A stretch of DNA of 64,000 bases, taken from a virus. The notes below the pieces were generated by a model. The model was given only the letters and a program-made list of their open reading frames with translations, did no database searches and had not been told where the DNA came from. Shown piece by piece: positions 1-8,442 of this stretch (the stretch's first letter is position 1; the number at the start of each line of letters is the position of its first letter). Made by a program: the position numbers and the translations under genes. The stretch covers positions 5,521 to 69,520 of the IMG/VR virus record IMGVR_UViG_3300046163_000033; one strand, written 5' to 3'.

Positions 1-246
1 GACAATTGCGGTTTAAACCTGTCTGAAAAATTAACTATTGTAGGTCAATTAATAGGTCGATCAAAACGTATACATGAAGACGACATATACGAGTGTATGC
101 TAGATTTACATGATATGGGTAAAAAAATAACTATAAGTCGTATAGCAGGCTTATTAAATTGTTCAGCAAGAACAATACATAGAAATATGAGCTATGAACT
201 TAAAAAAGAAAAAGAACTTTTAAATCAAGAAAATGAAAAAATATAA
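1..246 (+). CDS. Partial (5'-truncated) protein with C-terminal helix-turn-helix
   Basis: Frame 1 is open from the window start to TAA at 244-246. ITISRIAGLLNCSARTIHRNM is HTH-like. Overlaps the start of the sigma gene. Confidence 0.6.
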   Translation, partial: DNCGLNLSEKLTIVGQLIGRSKRIHEDDIYECMLDLHDMGKKITISRIAGLLNCSARTIHRNMSYELKKEKELLNQENEKI

Positions 247-994
247 TATACCTAATTATATTCGTTACAAAAACGATTTGTTAGTGCAATTAAAGAAAAT
301 AGAAGATATTGATGTACAATACTTAAATCAAGAACAGTTGCAATGGAAGTTTATGCTTTTAGTAGAAAACATAGCTCGTAAATTCTCTACAACACAACAA
401 GCATCAGGTGTTATGAGTATTAATGATCTTATACAGGAAGGTAATTTAAACTTATGTAAAGCTATTAGACGTATAGACTGGACAAGACTTAGTGAATCAG
501 AAGATCAAGAAAAAACATTGAAATCTTTTTTATCAAAAAGAATTAAAGGTGGTATACGTAGAGCCATTGATAAAAACAGAGGTGATATAAGAATACCAGA
601 ACATAAACTTAATGAAATCCGTAAAGATAATGGTAAAGATCATAAGATGGTCGCAATGTTTTTTAATAGTATGTTTTTATCTATTGATGAAAAACCTAAA
701 GACGACGAAGAGAATATGATATACCAAATAGCGGATAAATCAGAGCCTTATAATATTGGCTTATTAAATATTTATTTAACAGGGTTATTAAAGAAACATC
801 TTAATAACCGTGAATACGATGTGCTTAGACTAAGCTATGGATTAGACTGTGAAAAGCATTCTGCAAATAAAATTGCAGAGATATTAAACATCGAAGGAAG
901 CAGTGCTTATGTACGTGTTTCAGAGCTTAAAAAACAAGCTGTAGATAAACTAATTGATAGCGTTGATCACTCGCAAGTGCTTGACTATCTGTAG
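233..994 (+). CDS. Phage-encoded sigma-70-family RNA polymerase sigma factor
   Basis: Region 2 LLVENIARKF...DLIQEGNLNLCKAI, region 2.4/3.0 IRRAIDKNRGDIRIPEH, and region 4 LNNREYDVLRLSYGL...RVSELKKQAVDKL. Confidence 0.88.
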   Translation: MKKYNIPNYIRYKNDLLVQLKKIEDIDVQYLNQEQLQWKFMLLVENIARKFSTTQQASGVMSINDLIQEGNLNLCKAIRRIDWTRLSESEDQEKTLKSFLSKRIKGGIRRAIDKNRGDIRIPEHKLNEIRKDNGKDHKMVAMFFNSMFLSIDEKPKDDEENMIYQIADKSEPYNIGLLNIYLTGLLKKHLNNREYDVLRLSYGLDCEKHSANKIAEILNIEGSSAYVRVSELKKQAVDKLIDSVDHSQVLDYL

Positions 995-1020
995 TTTACC
1001 TTTGTAAAACTTAATTTAAA

Positions 1021-1032
1021 CATGTAATTATA
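1021..1032 (+). promoter_or_regulatory. Candidate phage promoter motif CATGTAATTATA
   Basis: Intergenic, just upstream of the ERF gene; matches six other intergenic copies of CNWGTRAYWNTA. Confidence 0.55.
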
Positions 1033-1037
1033 TTAGT

Positions 1038-1543
1038 ATGACCATAAACCAAAAGTTAGCCACAATTCAAACAAAATTTAAATCGAAGAAGAGTAGATTT
1101 AATTCATTCGGCAAATATTACTTCAGATCAGCCGAAGACATTCTCGAAGCAACAAAACCCTATTTATTAGAATTAGGAGTAACAGTAACAATAAGTGAAA
1201 ACTTAGTTGAAACTAATCCTATGCCTATTATAGAGAGTTGTGCTGTTATATCTGATGGTAAAGATAAAATACCTGCTACAGCATTAGTTGGTGTTGATCT
1301 TAACCAAAAGGTATGCAAACACCACAGCAGTTTGGTACAGCCTCGAGTTATGGTAAGAAGTACGCACTAGGAAATTTATTCCTAATTGATGATACTAAGG
1401 ATGCAGACGCAACTAACGGTCTACCTATGGACAAAGCAGCTATAGCTAAAGCTAAAAACTTTGTACAGGCCGGCGGCAAACTAGAAGCCATCAAAAAGAA
1501 ATATAATGTAACTCCTGAAATTGAAAAACAAATAACATTATAG
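1038..1543 (+). CDS. ERF-family single-strand annealing protein (frameshift near 1310, likely sequencing error)
   Basis: KSRFNSFGKYYFRSAEDILEA in the first ORF and QQFGTASSYGKKYALGNLFLIDD in the second are the two halves of an ERF domain. Confidence 0.8.
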
Positions 1544-1544
1544 T

Positions 1545-2273
1545 ATGACTAAACAAGAGGTGTTAGATAAGCTTAAAATTGATGAGCATTACTACGGTGA
1601 CTTTGGTAAACAATACCTTAGTAACTCAGATATATCAGCTTTATTAAACAACCCTTTAGCACTTGGACAACAGTCACCACCATCAGCTGCATTTTTAGTT
1701 GGTGGTTATTTTCACACAGCTATACTAGAGCCTAATAAGCTTGATAAGTATAAAGTTGTGAAATCGTCTACTAGAAATACTAAAGCTTACAAAGACATAG
1801 CTGGAGGAGAGTTATGTCTACTACAACATGAGGTTGACTCTATAGAATTAATGAGAGAAAAAATCATGAGTAATGATGTATGTAAAAGTTTAATAACAGG
1901 TAATGTTGAATATGAACAACCTGGTATTACAGAACTTGAAGGTCAGATGTGGAAAGGTAAAGCTGACATAGTTAATCACGATGAAAAGTTAATCATTGAT
2001 TTAAAAACTACAGCAGATCTTTCTAAGTTTAGATACTCAGCTTCTAAATACAATTACGATAGTCAAGCTTTTATTTATAGTAGTCTATTTGGTTATGAAT
2101 TTATGTTTATTGTTATAGACAAAAAGACACATCAAATAGGTATTTATGACTGTTCGCCTCAGTTTTATGAAACTGGGCAGGACAAGGTTAAAAGAGCCAG
2201 TGAGGCTTACGATCTGTTTTATAAGACAGACAGTTTCGATCCGAAACAATATTTTATTAGTAAAACCCTTTAA
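1545..2273 (+). CDS. RecE/exonuclease VIII-like PD-(D/E)XK exonuclease
   Basis: YLSNSDI, GGYFHTAILEP, KGKADIV...IIDLKTT and YDSQAFIY motifs; adjacent to ERF. Confidence 0.8.
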   Translation: MTKQEVLDKLKIDEHYYGDFGKQYLSNSDISALLNNPLALGQQSPPSAAFLVGGYFHTAILEPNKLDKYKVVKSSTRNTKAYKDIAGGELCLLQHEVDSIELMREKIMSNDVCKSLITGNVEYEQPGITELEGQMWKGKADIVNHDEKLIIDLKTTADLSKFRYSASKYNYDSQAFIYSSLFGYEFMFIVIDKKTHQIGIYDCSPQFYETGQDKVKRASEAYDLFYKTDSFDPKQYFISKTL

Positions 2274-2284
2274 ACCCTATTATT

Positions 2285-2488
2285 ATGGCAAGAAAAAGAA
2301 AAGTAGCAACAAAACAATGTGCAATGACTGGAATGAACTTTCCTGTAACTGAATTTTACAAGAACAATACAACTGCAGATGGTTTGCACCCATATGCTAA
2401 GAAAGCAGATAATTTCAGAAGAAGAACTGGTGTGAATGCAGCAGATCTTAGAACTATGTTCACAAATCTTTTTAATACAACAGCATAA
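2285..2488 (+). CDS. Small basic protein, degenerate zinc-ribbon-like
   Basis: 67-aa ORF whose stop overlaps the next start; KQCAMTG..FPVTEFYKN..TADGL pattern. Confidence 0.6.
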   Translation: MARKRKVATKQCAMTGMNFPVTEFYKNNTTADGLHPYAKKADNFRRRTGVNAADLRTMFTNLFNTTA

Positions 2489-2796
2489 TGGCATTAATAT
2501 TAGCAGCAAGCATTAACCTAAATGAAATACCTAAAGACAAGATCATTATTGGTAAGAAAGGTAAATACTTACCTATCAGTATTACTCTTAATGATGAGCT
2601 TGATCAGTTCGGTAATCAAGGTCCAGTCATTGTATCGCAGAGCAAAGAAGAACGCGAAGCAAAACAAGCAAAGACATACTTAGGTAATGTAAAATTAGTA
2701 TGGACCAACGGAGAAGTTAAAAAATTCGATAACCCACAGCAACAACAGGCAGCGCCTGCACCAGCAGCAGCTATCGAAGATGATTTACCCTTTTAA
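2488..2796 (+). CDS. Single-stranded DNA-binding protein
   Basis: Short beta-rich core, Q/A/P linker and acidic C-terminal EDDLPF tail; sits between recombination and primase genes. Confidence 0.75.
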   Translation: MALILAASINLNEIPKDKIIIGKKGKYLPISITLNDELDQFGNQGPVIVSQSKEEREAKQAKTYLGNVKLVWTNGEVKKFDNPQQQQAAPAPAAAIEDDLPF

Positions 2797-2806
2797 TTAA
2801 TAATAA

Positions 2807-4534
2807 ATGCAAGTAAACAACACGGAGATTAATGGATTTTTAATCGACCAGTTTAACCAACACAATTTAGATGTAGGAAAAACGCAGGGGATTTGTCCCC
2901 TGTGTTCACATGAGAGGAAACCTAAAAATCAAAAAGCTAAATGTGCTAGTTACGATTGGGAACGAGGTTTGGGTACTTGCCATCATTGTGATTCATCATT
3001 TCAATTACATACGTATCAACGTAAAGGATCGTCTGAGAAGACATATATACGTCCTAATGCATTAAACGTTGTAGACCCAAAACAAATAACGTCTAAGGTC
3101 TCGAAATGGTTTGAGTCCCGTGGAATATCTCAGAAAACCCTCGACGATCTTATGGTCACAGAGGGTCCTGAGTTTATGCCACAGACCGGCAAGTCCGAGA
3201 ATACAATTCAGTTCAATTATATAATAGGCGATGAGTTAATCAATGTTAAATACAGAGATGGTCGTAAGAATTTTAAGTTATATAAGGGTGCTGAAAAAAT
3301 ATTTTATAACATAAATAGTATAGTTGGGTATGACACTTGCGTTATAACCGAAGGCGAAATGGATGTGTTAGCATTGCATGAGGCTGGAATTAAAAATGCA
3401 ATATCAGTACCTAACGGTGCAACTCTAAACTCTAACAACTTAGATTATTTAGATAACTGTATAGATTACTTTGAAGATAAAGAAAGAGTAATACTAGCTT
3501 TAGATGATGATGAACCAGGTCAAGCTTTGCAACAAGAACTTATTAGACGTCTTGGAGCTGAAGTTTGTTTTTTAACTACATTTGAAGACTGTAAAGATGC
3601 TAATGAATATCTTATTAAATACGGTAAAGATAAGTTAGTTAATCGTATTGAAGGTGCTAGACCTGTGCCATTAGAAAACGTAACCACATTAAAAGATATA
3701 GAAGATGAAATCACAGACTTTGTTAAAAACGGTTTCAAACCTGGTTATCAAATTGGCATACCTAATTTTGACAGCATTTTTAGTACTTATACTGGTCAGT
3801 TTATCACTGTCACTGGCATACCTAGTAGCGGAAAGTCAGACTTCGTTGATCAAATGGTAGTAGGGTATAATCAGAGATATGAATGGAAAACAGCCTTTGC
3901 ATCTCCTGAAAATGCTCCTACATATTTACATGCTCATAAGTTAATGAGGAAAGTTTGGCAAGATATGCCTACAAGAAATGATATTGGTACTGATAAATGG
4001 AATCAAGTTGCTGAACATGTTAATGATAACTTTTTCTTTATTGATATGGAACGATATACTCTTGAATCTGTATTACGTAAAGGCGCTGAGCTTGTTAAAC
4101 GTAAAGGTATTAAATGTCTTGTTATAGATCCTTTTAATAAAATTAGAGATGTTGATTGTAAGACTGAAGATGTAAACAGATATACAATGGAATATCTAAC
4201 TAAGATTGAAACGTTTGCAAAGAAATATGATGTATTAGTTTTTATTGTAGCACATCCAACTAAGATGTACAGAGACAAAGATGGTAATATTGAAGAGCCT
4301 ACAATGTATAACATTAAAGGTGGTGGTGAATGGTATGATGCATCTTATCACGGTATATTAGTTCATAGAAACTATGAAGAAAAAACTGTAAAAGCTAAAA
4401 TACTTAAAGTTAAGTTTCAAAACTTAGGTGAAAACGGAGCTGAAGCTCATTTTAAATGGGAACCTAGATCAGGTTGTTTTGTTCCACACATCTTGCCGAC
4501 TATGGCTGAAGACGAAGCAATGCCTTGGGATTAA
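2807..4534 (+). CDS. Bifunctional primase-helicase (T7 gp4/Twinkle-like)
   Basis: Zn finger CPLC...CHHC, TOPRIM ITEGEMD and LALDDDEPG, KDANE, Walker A GIPSSGKS, LVIDPFN, IVAHPTK. Confidence 0.93.
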   Translation: MQVNNTEINGFLIDQFNQHNLDVGKTQGICPLCSHERKPKNQKAKCASYDWERGLGTCHHCDSSFQLHTYQRKGSSEKTYIRPNALNVVDPKQITSKVSKWFESRGISQKTLDDLMVTEGPEFMPQTGKSENTIQFNYIIGDELINVKYRDGRKNFKLYKGAEKIFYNINSIVGYDTCVITEGEMDVLALHEAGIKNAISVPNGATLNSNNLDYLDNCIDYFEDKERVILALDDDEPGQALQQELIRRLGAEVCFLTTFEDCKDANEYLIKYGKDKLVNRIEGARPVPLENVTTLKDIEDEITDFVKNGFKPGYQIGIPNFDSIFSTYTGQFITVTGIPSSGKSDFVDQMVVGYNQRYEWKTAFASPENAPTYLHAHKLMRKVWQDMPTRNDIGTDKWNQVAEHVNDNFFFIDMERYTLESVLRKGAELVKRKGIKCLVIDPFNKIRDVDCKTEDVNRYTMEYLTKIETFAKKYDVLVFIVAHPTKMYRDKDGNIEEPTMYNIKGGGEWYDASYHGILVHRNYEEKTVKAKILKVKFQNLGENGAEAHFKWEPRSGCFVPHILPTMAEDEAMPWD

Positions 4535-4794
4535 TGGCTTGGCGTAAGAAAAAAGTTTACGTTGAACCACCTGAGTGGACCGATGAAGATACTGAAGCTT
4601 ATTTATGGTGTGTAAATCACGGTATCAAAATAGGACCATTTGCAGCTAGTAATGATTATGATAATTATTATTGGTGGATTGATGTAGAAGTTAACGGAGC
4701 TAAAAAACGATCACCATTTAAATACGATGGTAGACAAATTAACAAAAAGATATTTGAATTATATAGATTTTATTATGACAAAAACAAAATTTAA
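4534..4794 (+). CDS. Hypothetical protein
   Basis: ORF whose ATG overlaps the primase TAA (TAATG). Confidence 0.65.
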   Translation: MAWRKKKVYVEPPEWTDEDTEAYLWCVNHGIKIGPFAASNDYDNYYWWIDVEVNGAKKRSPFKYDGRQINKKIFELYRFYYDKNKI

Positions 4795-5422
4795 AACAGC
4801 AAGCGATGCATTTAATTATTTTTTTCCAATAATAATGTTTGAAGGAGAAAAGTTTGATAATACTAGAGCTTTATTTAATGTAGGTTTTTATATAGAAAAT
4901 CCTATGGATAATCATATACTAGCTAAAAACAGAAAATGGAGTCATGAGTATGCAGAAGCTGAATGGCAATGGTACTTATCAGGTGATCCTAATATAATTA
5001 AACTAGGACAAATATATGGTAAGATACCACCGATATGGGAACGTATGGCTGATAGTGATGGTAATGTTAATAGTAATTACGGTTATCAATGGGAACGTAA
5101 TCATCAATTAGATTATGTTGTAGCTAAATTAAAAGATAATCCTAACACAAGACACGCAGCTATTAGTATATACGACTGTAAAGAATTTAAAAAATACCGC
5201 AAGGATACACCTTGTACGTATGCAGTTCAGTTTACAGTATTAAATAACAAACTAAATATGTCAGTTGTGATGCGTTCTAATGACCTCTGGTACGGTTTCT
5301 GTAACGATCAGTATTGTTTTTCAATGTTACAACAATTAGTTTCAGAGAGGACAGGATATGAGATCGGTACTTATTACCACTTTGCACATAACTTACATTT
5401 GTATAACGATAAAATAACATAA
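4775..5422 (+). CDS. Thymidylate synthase-superfamily enzyme, most like dCMP hydroxymethylase (T4 gp42 type)
   Basis: EAEWQWY, IPPIWERMADSDGNVNSNYG, DTPCTYAVQF, MRSNDLWYGFCND, HNLHLY. Asp occupies the position of the ThyA specificity Asn. Confidence 0.8.
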   Translation: MTKTKFKTASDAFNYFFPIIMFEGEKFDNTRALFNVGFYIENPMDNHILAKNRKWSHEYAEAEWQWYLSGDPNIIKLGQIYGKIPPIWERMADSDGNVNSNYGYQWERNHQLDYVVAKLKDNPNTRHAAISIYDCKEFKKYRKDTPCTYAVQFTVLNNKLNMSVVMRSNDLWYGFCNDQYCFSMLQQLVSERTGYEIGTYYHFAHNLHLYNDKIT

Positions 5423-5423
5423 T

Positions 5424-6194
5424 ATGTATTATTTATACCACATACCAGGTAAAAAGATAGGTGTTACACGTGATCTTAATACTCGTGTTACATTAATTCA
5501 GGGCTATAGCTCTAGTGAATATGAAGTTCTTGATCAGTCGGACGATATAGATTATATATCGGACAAAGAGATAGAACTTCAAAAGTCTTATGGCTATAAA
5601 GTAGATAGAAAGAAATATAAAAACCTTTTTAAGAAAATGAAAATAAACGTAACAGAACAAACTTCAACTTTTGCAGTTCCTTTAAACAAATTAAAAGGAC
5701 ATCTTATGGATAATATGAATATGAAATGGGATACATCTCACGGTAAGTTCTACATAGATATGCAAACAATACAATGGATAATGGATAACGCTAAAGTTTC
5801 AATGTATAATGATAAGAGATCTTACATATACAATAAAGCTTTTGCAGAGTACTTTAAAACTAATACAATTATGGAAATACCAGACTATAATAAAAGTCAG
5901 GTTATGTTTGATAAAATTAGAACATGGGCTTATGAAAGAGGTTTATATGAAAAAGGAAATCCTATGGTACAGTATGTTAAACTACAGGAAGAAGCTGGCG
6001 AGCTAGCTAAAGCTTTATTAAAAGATGATCAACCAGAAGTTATAGATGCTATTGGTGATATGGTTGTAGTGTTAACTAACTTAGCTCATCAACGAGGTGT
6101 TTACATTGAAACATGTATACAGTCTGCATATGAAGTTATAAACCAAAGAACAGGTAAAATGATTAACGGAACATTTGTAAAAGATGAAGATTAA
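5424..6194 (+). CDS. Multidomain protein: GIY-YIG-like N-terminus plus C-terminal MazG-like NTP pyrophosphohydrolase
   Basis: N-terminal YYLYHIPGKKIGVTRDLNTR; C-terminal WAYERGL, KLQEEAGEL, DAIGDMVVVL, AYEVINQRTGKMINGTFVK. Confidence 0.75.
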   Translation: MYYLYHIPGKKIGVTRDLNTRVTLIQGYSSSEYEVLDQSDDIDYISDKEIELQKSYGYKVDRKKYKNLFKKMKINVTEQTSTFAVPLNKLKGHLMDNMNMKWDTSHGKFYIDMQTIQWIMDNAKVSMYNDKRSYIYNKAFAEYFKTNTIMEIPDYNKSQVMFDKIRTWAYERGLYEKGNPMVQYVKLQEEAGELAKALLKDDQPEVIDAIGDMVVVLTNLAHQRGVYIETCIQSAYEVINQRTGKMINGTFVKDED

Positions 6195-6468
6195 AACAGA
6201 AGATAAGATAGTACAGGCAGTACTAAGGAAGATGGACCAACGTAGTTTAATAGGCCAGAAAAAATATGGAGCTACAATGATGCAAGAAATTGAAGGTCAA
6301 GAAAAAGATTTAAATAGATTTTTAATTGATGTACAAGAAGAATTAATGGATGCATTATTATATATTGAAGCAGCTAAAAGATGTTTACAAGATGAGATAG
6401 AAGAGGTTGCATACAATAGGTTTACTAAAGATGTAACTAATATAAACGTAAATGAAGAAGTCTTATAA
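6184..6468 (+). CDS. Small all-alpha NTP-pyrophosphatase-like protein
   Basis: GQKKYG...VQEELMDALLY acidic helix motif. Confidence 0.5.
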   Translation: MKIKTEDKIVQAVLRKMDQRSLIGQKKYGATMMQEIEGQEKDLNRFLIDVQEELMDALLYIEAAKRCLQDEIEEVAYNRFTKDVTNINVNEEVL

Positions 6469-6937
6469 ACGTAAAAGAGGACCAGTCCGAGCAAAAAAAG
6501 TAATATATGATAATATTAAATTTGCATCAGGGCTAGAAGTATATATGTATAAAGCTTTGAAAGAAGCTAGAATCGTAGCTGAGTATGAGCCTACAAGCTA
6601 TACTCTGCTTAACGGTTTTGATTATGAAGGTATATGCTTTGAAAAACAAGCTAACGGTAAAGGTGAATACAAAGATAGAGGTTGTAAAAAGATTTTACCT
6701 ATAAAATACAAACCAGATTTTGTAGGTAGAGATTTTATAATTGAATGTAAAGGTAGAGCTAATGAATCATTTCCGCTTAGGTGGAAATTATTTAAATCAT
6801 GGATAGCACAGCATTCACCTAGTATAGCACTGTTTAAACCTCAAAACCAAAAAGACTGTGATGAAACTATCAAACAGATAGAAATCATGAGAAAAAATCT
6901 TAGAACAAATGCAAAGAAAAAACAAACTAGCCTCTAA
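6452..6937 (+). CDS. T7 endonuclease I-like Holliday junction resolvase
   Basis: FASGLE, YKPDF and IIECKG motifs. Confidence 0.8.
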   Translation: MKKSYKRKRGPVRAKKVIYDNIKFASGLEVYMYKALKEARIVAEYEPTSYTLLNGFDYEGICFEKQANGKGEYKDRGCKKILPIKYKPDFVGRDFIIECKGRANESFPLRWKLFKSWIAQHSPSIALFKPQNQKDCDETIKQIEIMRKNLRTNAKKKQTSL

Positions 6938-7073
6938 ACATATAGCTAGAACTAAATATAAGGAACGTAAGATCGATACTTATATTAAATGGACAGTTAA
7001 TAAAAGAGGTTATTTAAAATGGAAGGATCTAATTGCGATCCATAATAAATATAATATACAATGCTATGGGTAA
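6909..7073 (+). CDS. Small basic hypothetical protein (54 aa, not in the ORF track)
   Basis: ATG 6909 to TAA 7073 (MQRKNKLASKHIART...IQCYG) fills the gap and overlaps both neighbours. Confidence 0.45.
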   Translation: MQRKNKLASKHIARTKYKERKIDTYIKWTVNKRGYLKWKDLIAIHNKYNIQCYG

Positions 7074-7218
7074 ATCAAAACAATGGGAGTTATCAGCTGG
7101 AGTGTTTCCAGGTATACTCTTTGGAATAAGAAGTTATGAAGACGGAGATTTTCAAGTAGATCACGTTTTATATTTAGGAATATTTGATATATGTTTAACT
7201 CTATACTATGAAGAATAA
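7066..7218 (+). CDS. Small hypothetical protein
   Basis: MGKSKQWELSAGVFPGILFGIRSY...; overlaps the nrdB start. Confidence 0.55.
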   Translation: MGKSKQWELSAGVFPGILFGIRSYEDGDFQVDHVLYLGIFDICLTLYYEE

Positions 7219-8197
7219 TATGAACGTACCATTATTTACAGAAAGAATACCGTACAAGCCTTTTGAATATCCTGAGTACTATACCGAGGGTTGGTTAAAG
7301 CAAGCTCAAGCGTTTTGGTTACATACTGAAATACCTATGAGTGGTGATGTTAAAGACTGGAATGAAAAATTAACTCCAGAAGAAAAAAACTTAGTAGGTA
7401 ATATACTATTAGGTTTTGCACAAACAGAATGTGCTGTGTCAGATTACTGGACACAAAAAGTTGTTGGCTGGTTTCCTAAACATGAAATACAACAAATGGC
7501 TATGATGTTCGGCTCACAAGAAACAATACACGCAGTAGCATATAGTTATTTAAATGAAACTTTAGGTCTTGAAGATTATGAAGCTTTTTTACACGAACCC
7601 GCTACAGCTGCTAGGTTTGATAACCTTGTAGCTTACGAAGGCAATGATCCTGTAGGTATAGGTAAATCATTAGCTACGTTCTCAGCTTTTGCTGAAGGGG
7701 TTAGTTTATATTCTGCCTTTGCTGTATTATACAGTTTTCAAATGAGAAACCTATTAAAAGGTATTGGCCAACAAATGAAATGGTCTGTAAGAGATGAATC
7801 ATTACATAGTAAAATGGGTTGTCAACTATTTAGACACATGTGTTCACAAATACCAGGATTAAAAGAAGAATGTAAAGAGCATGTATATGATGCAGCTTTA
7901 ACTATGCATAATGCTGAAATGACTTATATATCTAAGTTATTTGAAATGGGTGATATTGAAGGAATAACAGAATATGACCTTAAACATTTTATTAAAAAAC
8001 GTACAGGTGATAAACTTAAAGAATTGGGCTACAAAGCAGAAGGAAAATTTAAATTTGAATATGACCAAAAGTCAATTGAAAAAATGGCTTGGTTCGATCA
8101 TCTTACTGGGGGTCACACTCACACTGATTTCTTCGCTATTAGGCCGACTGACTATAGTAAAGCAAATGAAGGCGAAGACTTTGAAGATGTTTGGTAA
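7208..8197 (+). CDS. nrdB: Ribonucleotide reductase class Ia beta subunit
   Basis: FWLHTEI, QETIHAVAYS, AEGVSLYSAF, RDESLH and TDFF diiron/tyrosyl motifs. Confidence 0.95.
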   Translation: MKNNMNVPLFTERIPYKPFEYPEYYTEGWLKQAQAFWLHTEIPMSGDVKDWNEKLTPEEKNLVGNILLGFAQTECAVSDYWTQKVVGWFPKHEIQQMAMMFGSQETIHAVAYSYLNETLGLEDYEAFLHEPATAARFDNLVAYEGNDPVGIGKSLATFSAFAEGVSLYSAFAVLYSFQMRNLLKGIGQQMKWSVRDESLHSKMGCQLFRHMCSQIPGLKEECKEHVYDAALTMHNAEMTYISKLFEMGDIEGITEYDLKHFIKKRTGDKLKELGYKAEGKFKFEYDQKSIEKMAWFDHLTGGHTHTDFFAIRPTDYSKANEGEDFEDVW

Positions 8198-8214
8198 TAA
8201 TAAAATTAAATAAT

Positions 8215-8442
8215 ATGAAAGAAAGTAAATTAATAGAGATGCAAAATAGAATAGCTAATTTAGAGGCTATATTTAAACAGTTAATACCTGAATTAAACGG
8301 TATAAAAGATTTATCTTTTGGTGTTTTTGATACAATAAAATTAATGCCAGGTTATGAAGATGCTATAACTCAATTAAAAATTAAATCTGATGAAGCTAAA
8401 GCTAAATTAGAAGAAAAAAAGTTTGAAACAGATGTGGAATAA
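8215..8442 (+). CDS. Hypothetical coiled-coil protein
   Basis: ORF between nrdB and nrdA. Confidence 0.55.
   Translation: MKESKLIEMQNRIANLEAIFKQLIPELNGIKDLSFGVFDTIKLMPGYEDAITQLKIKSDEAKAKLEEKKFETDVE

Noticed and set aside
4775-5422. Ordinary thymidylate synthase (thyA)
   Set aside because: It has Asp instead of the dUMP-selecting Asn, and flanking motifs match the T4 gp42 pattern better.
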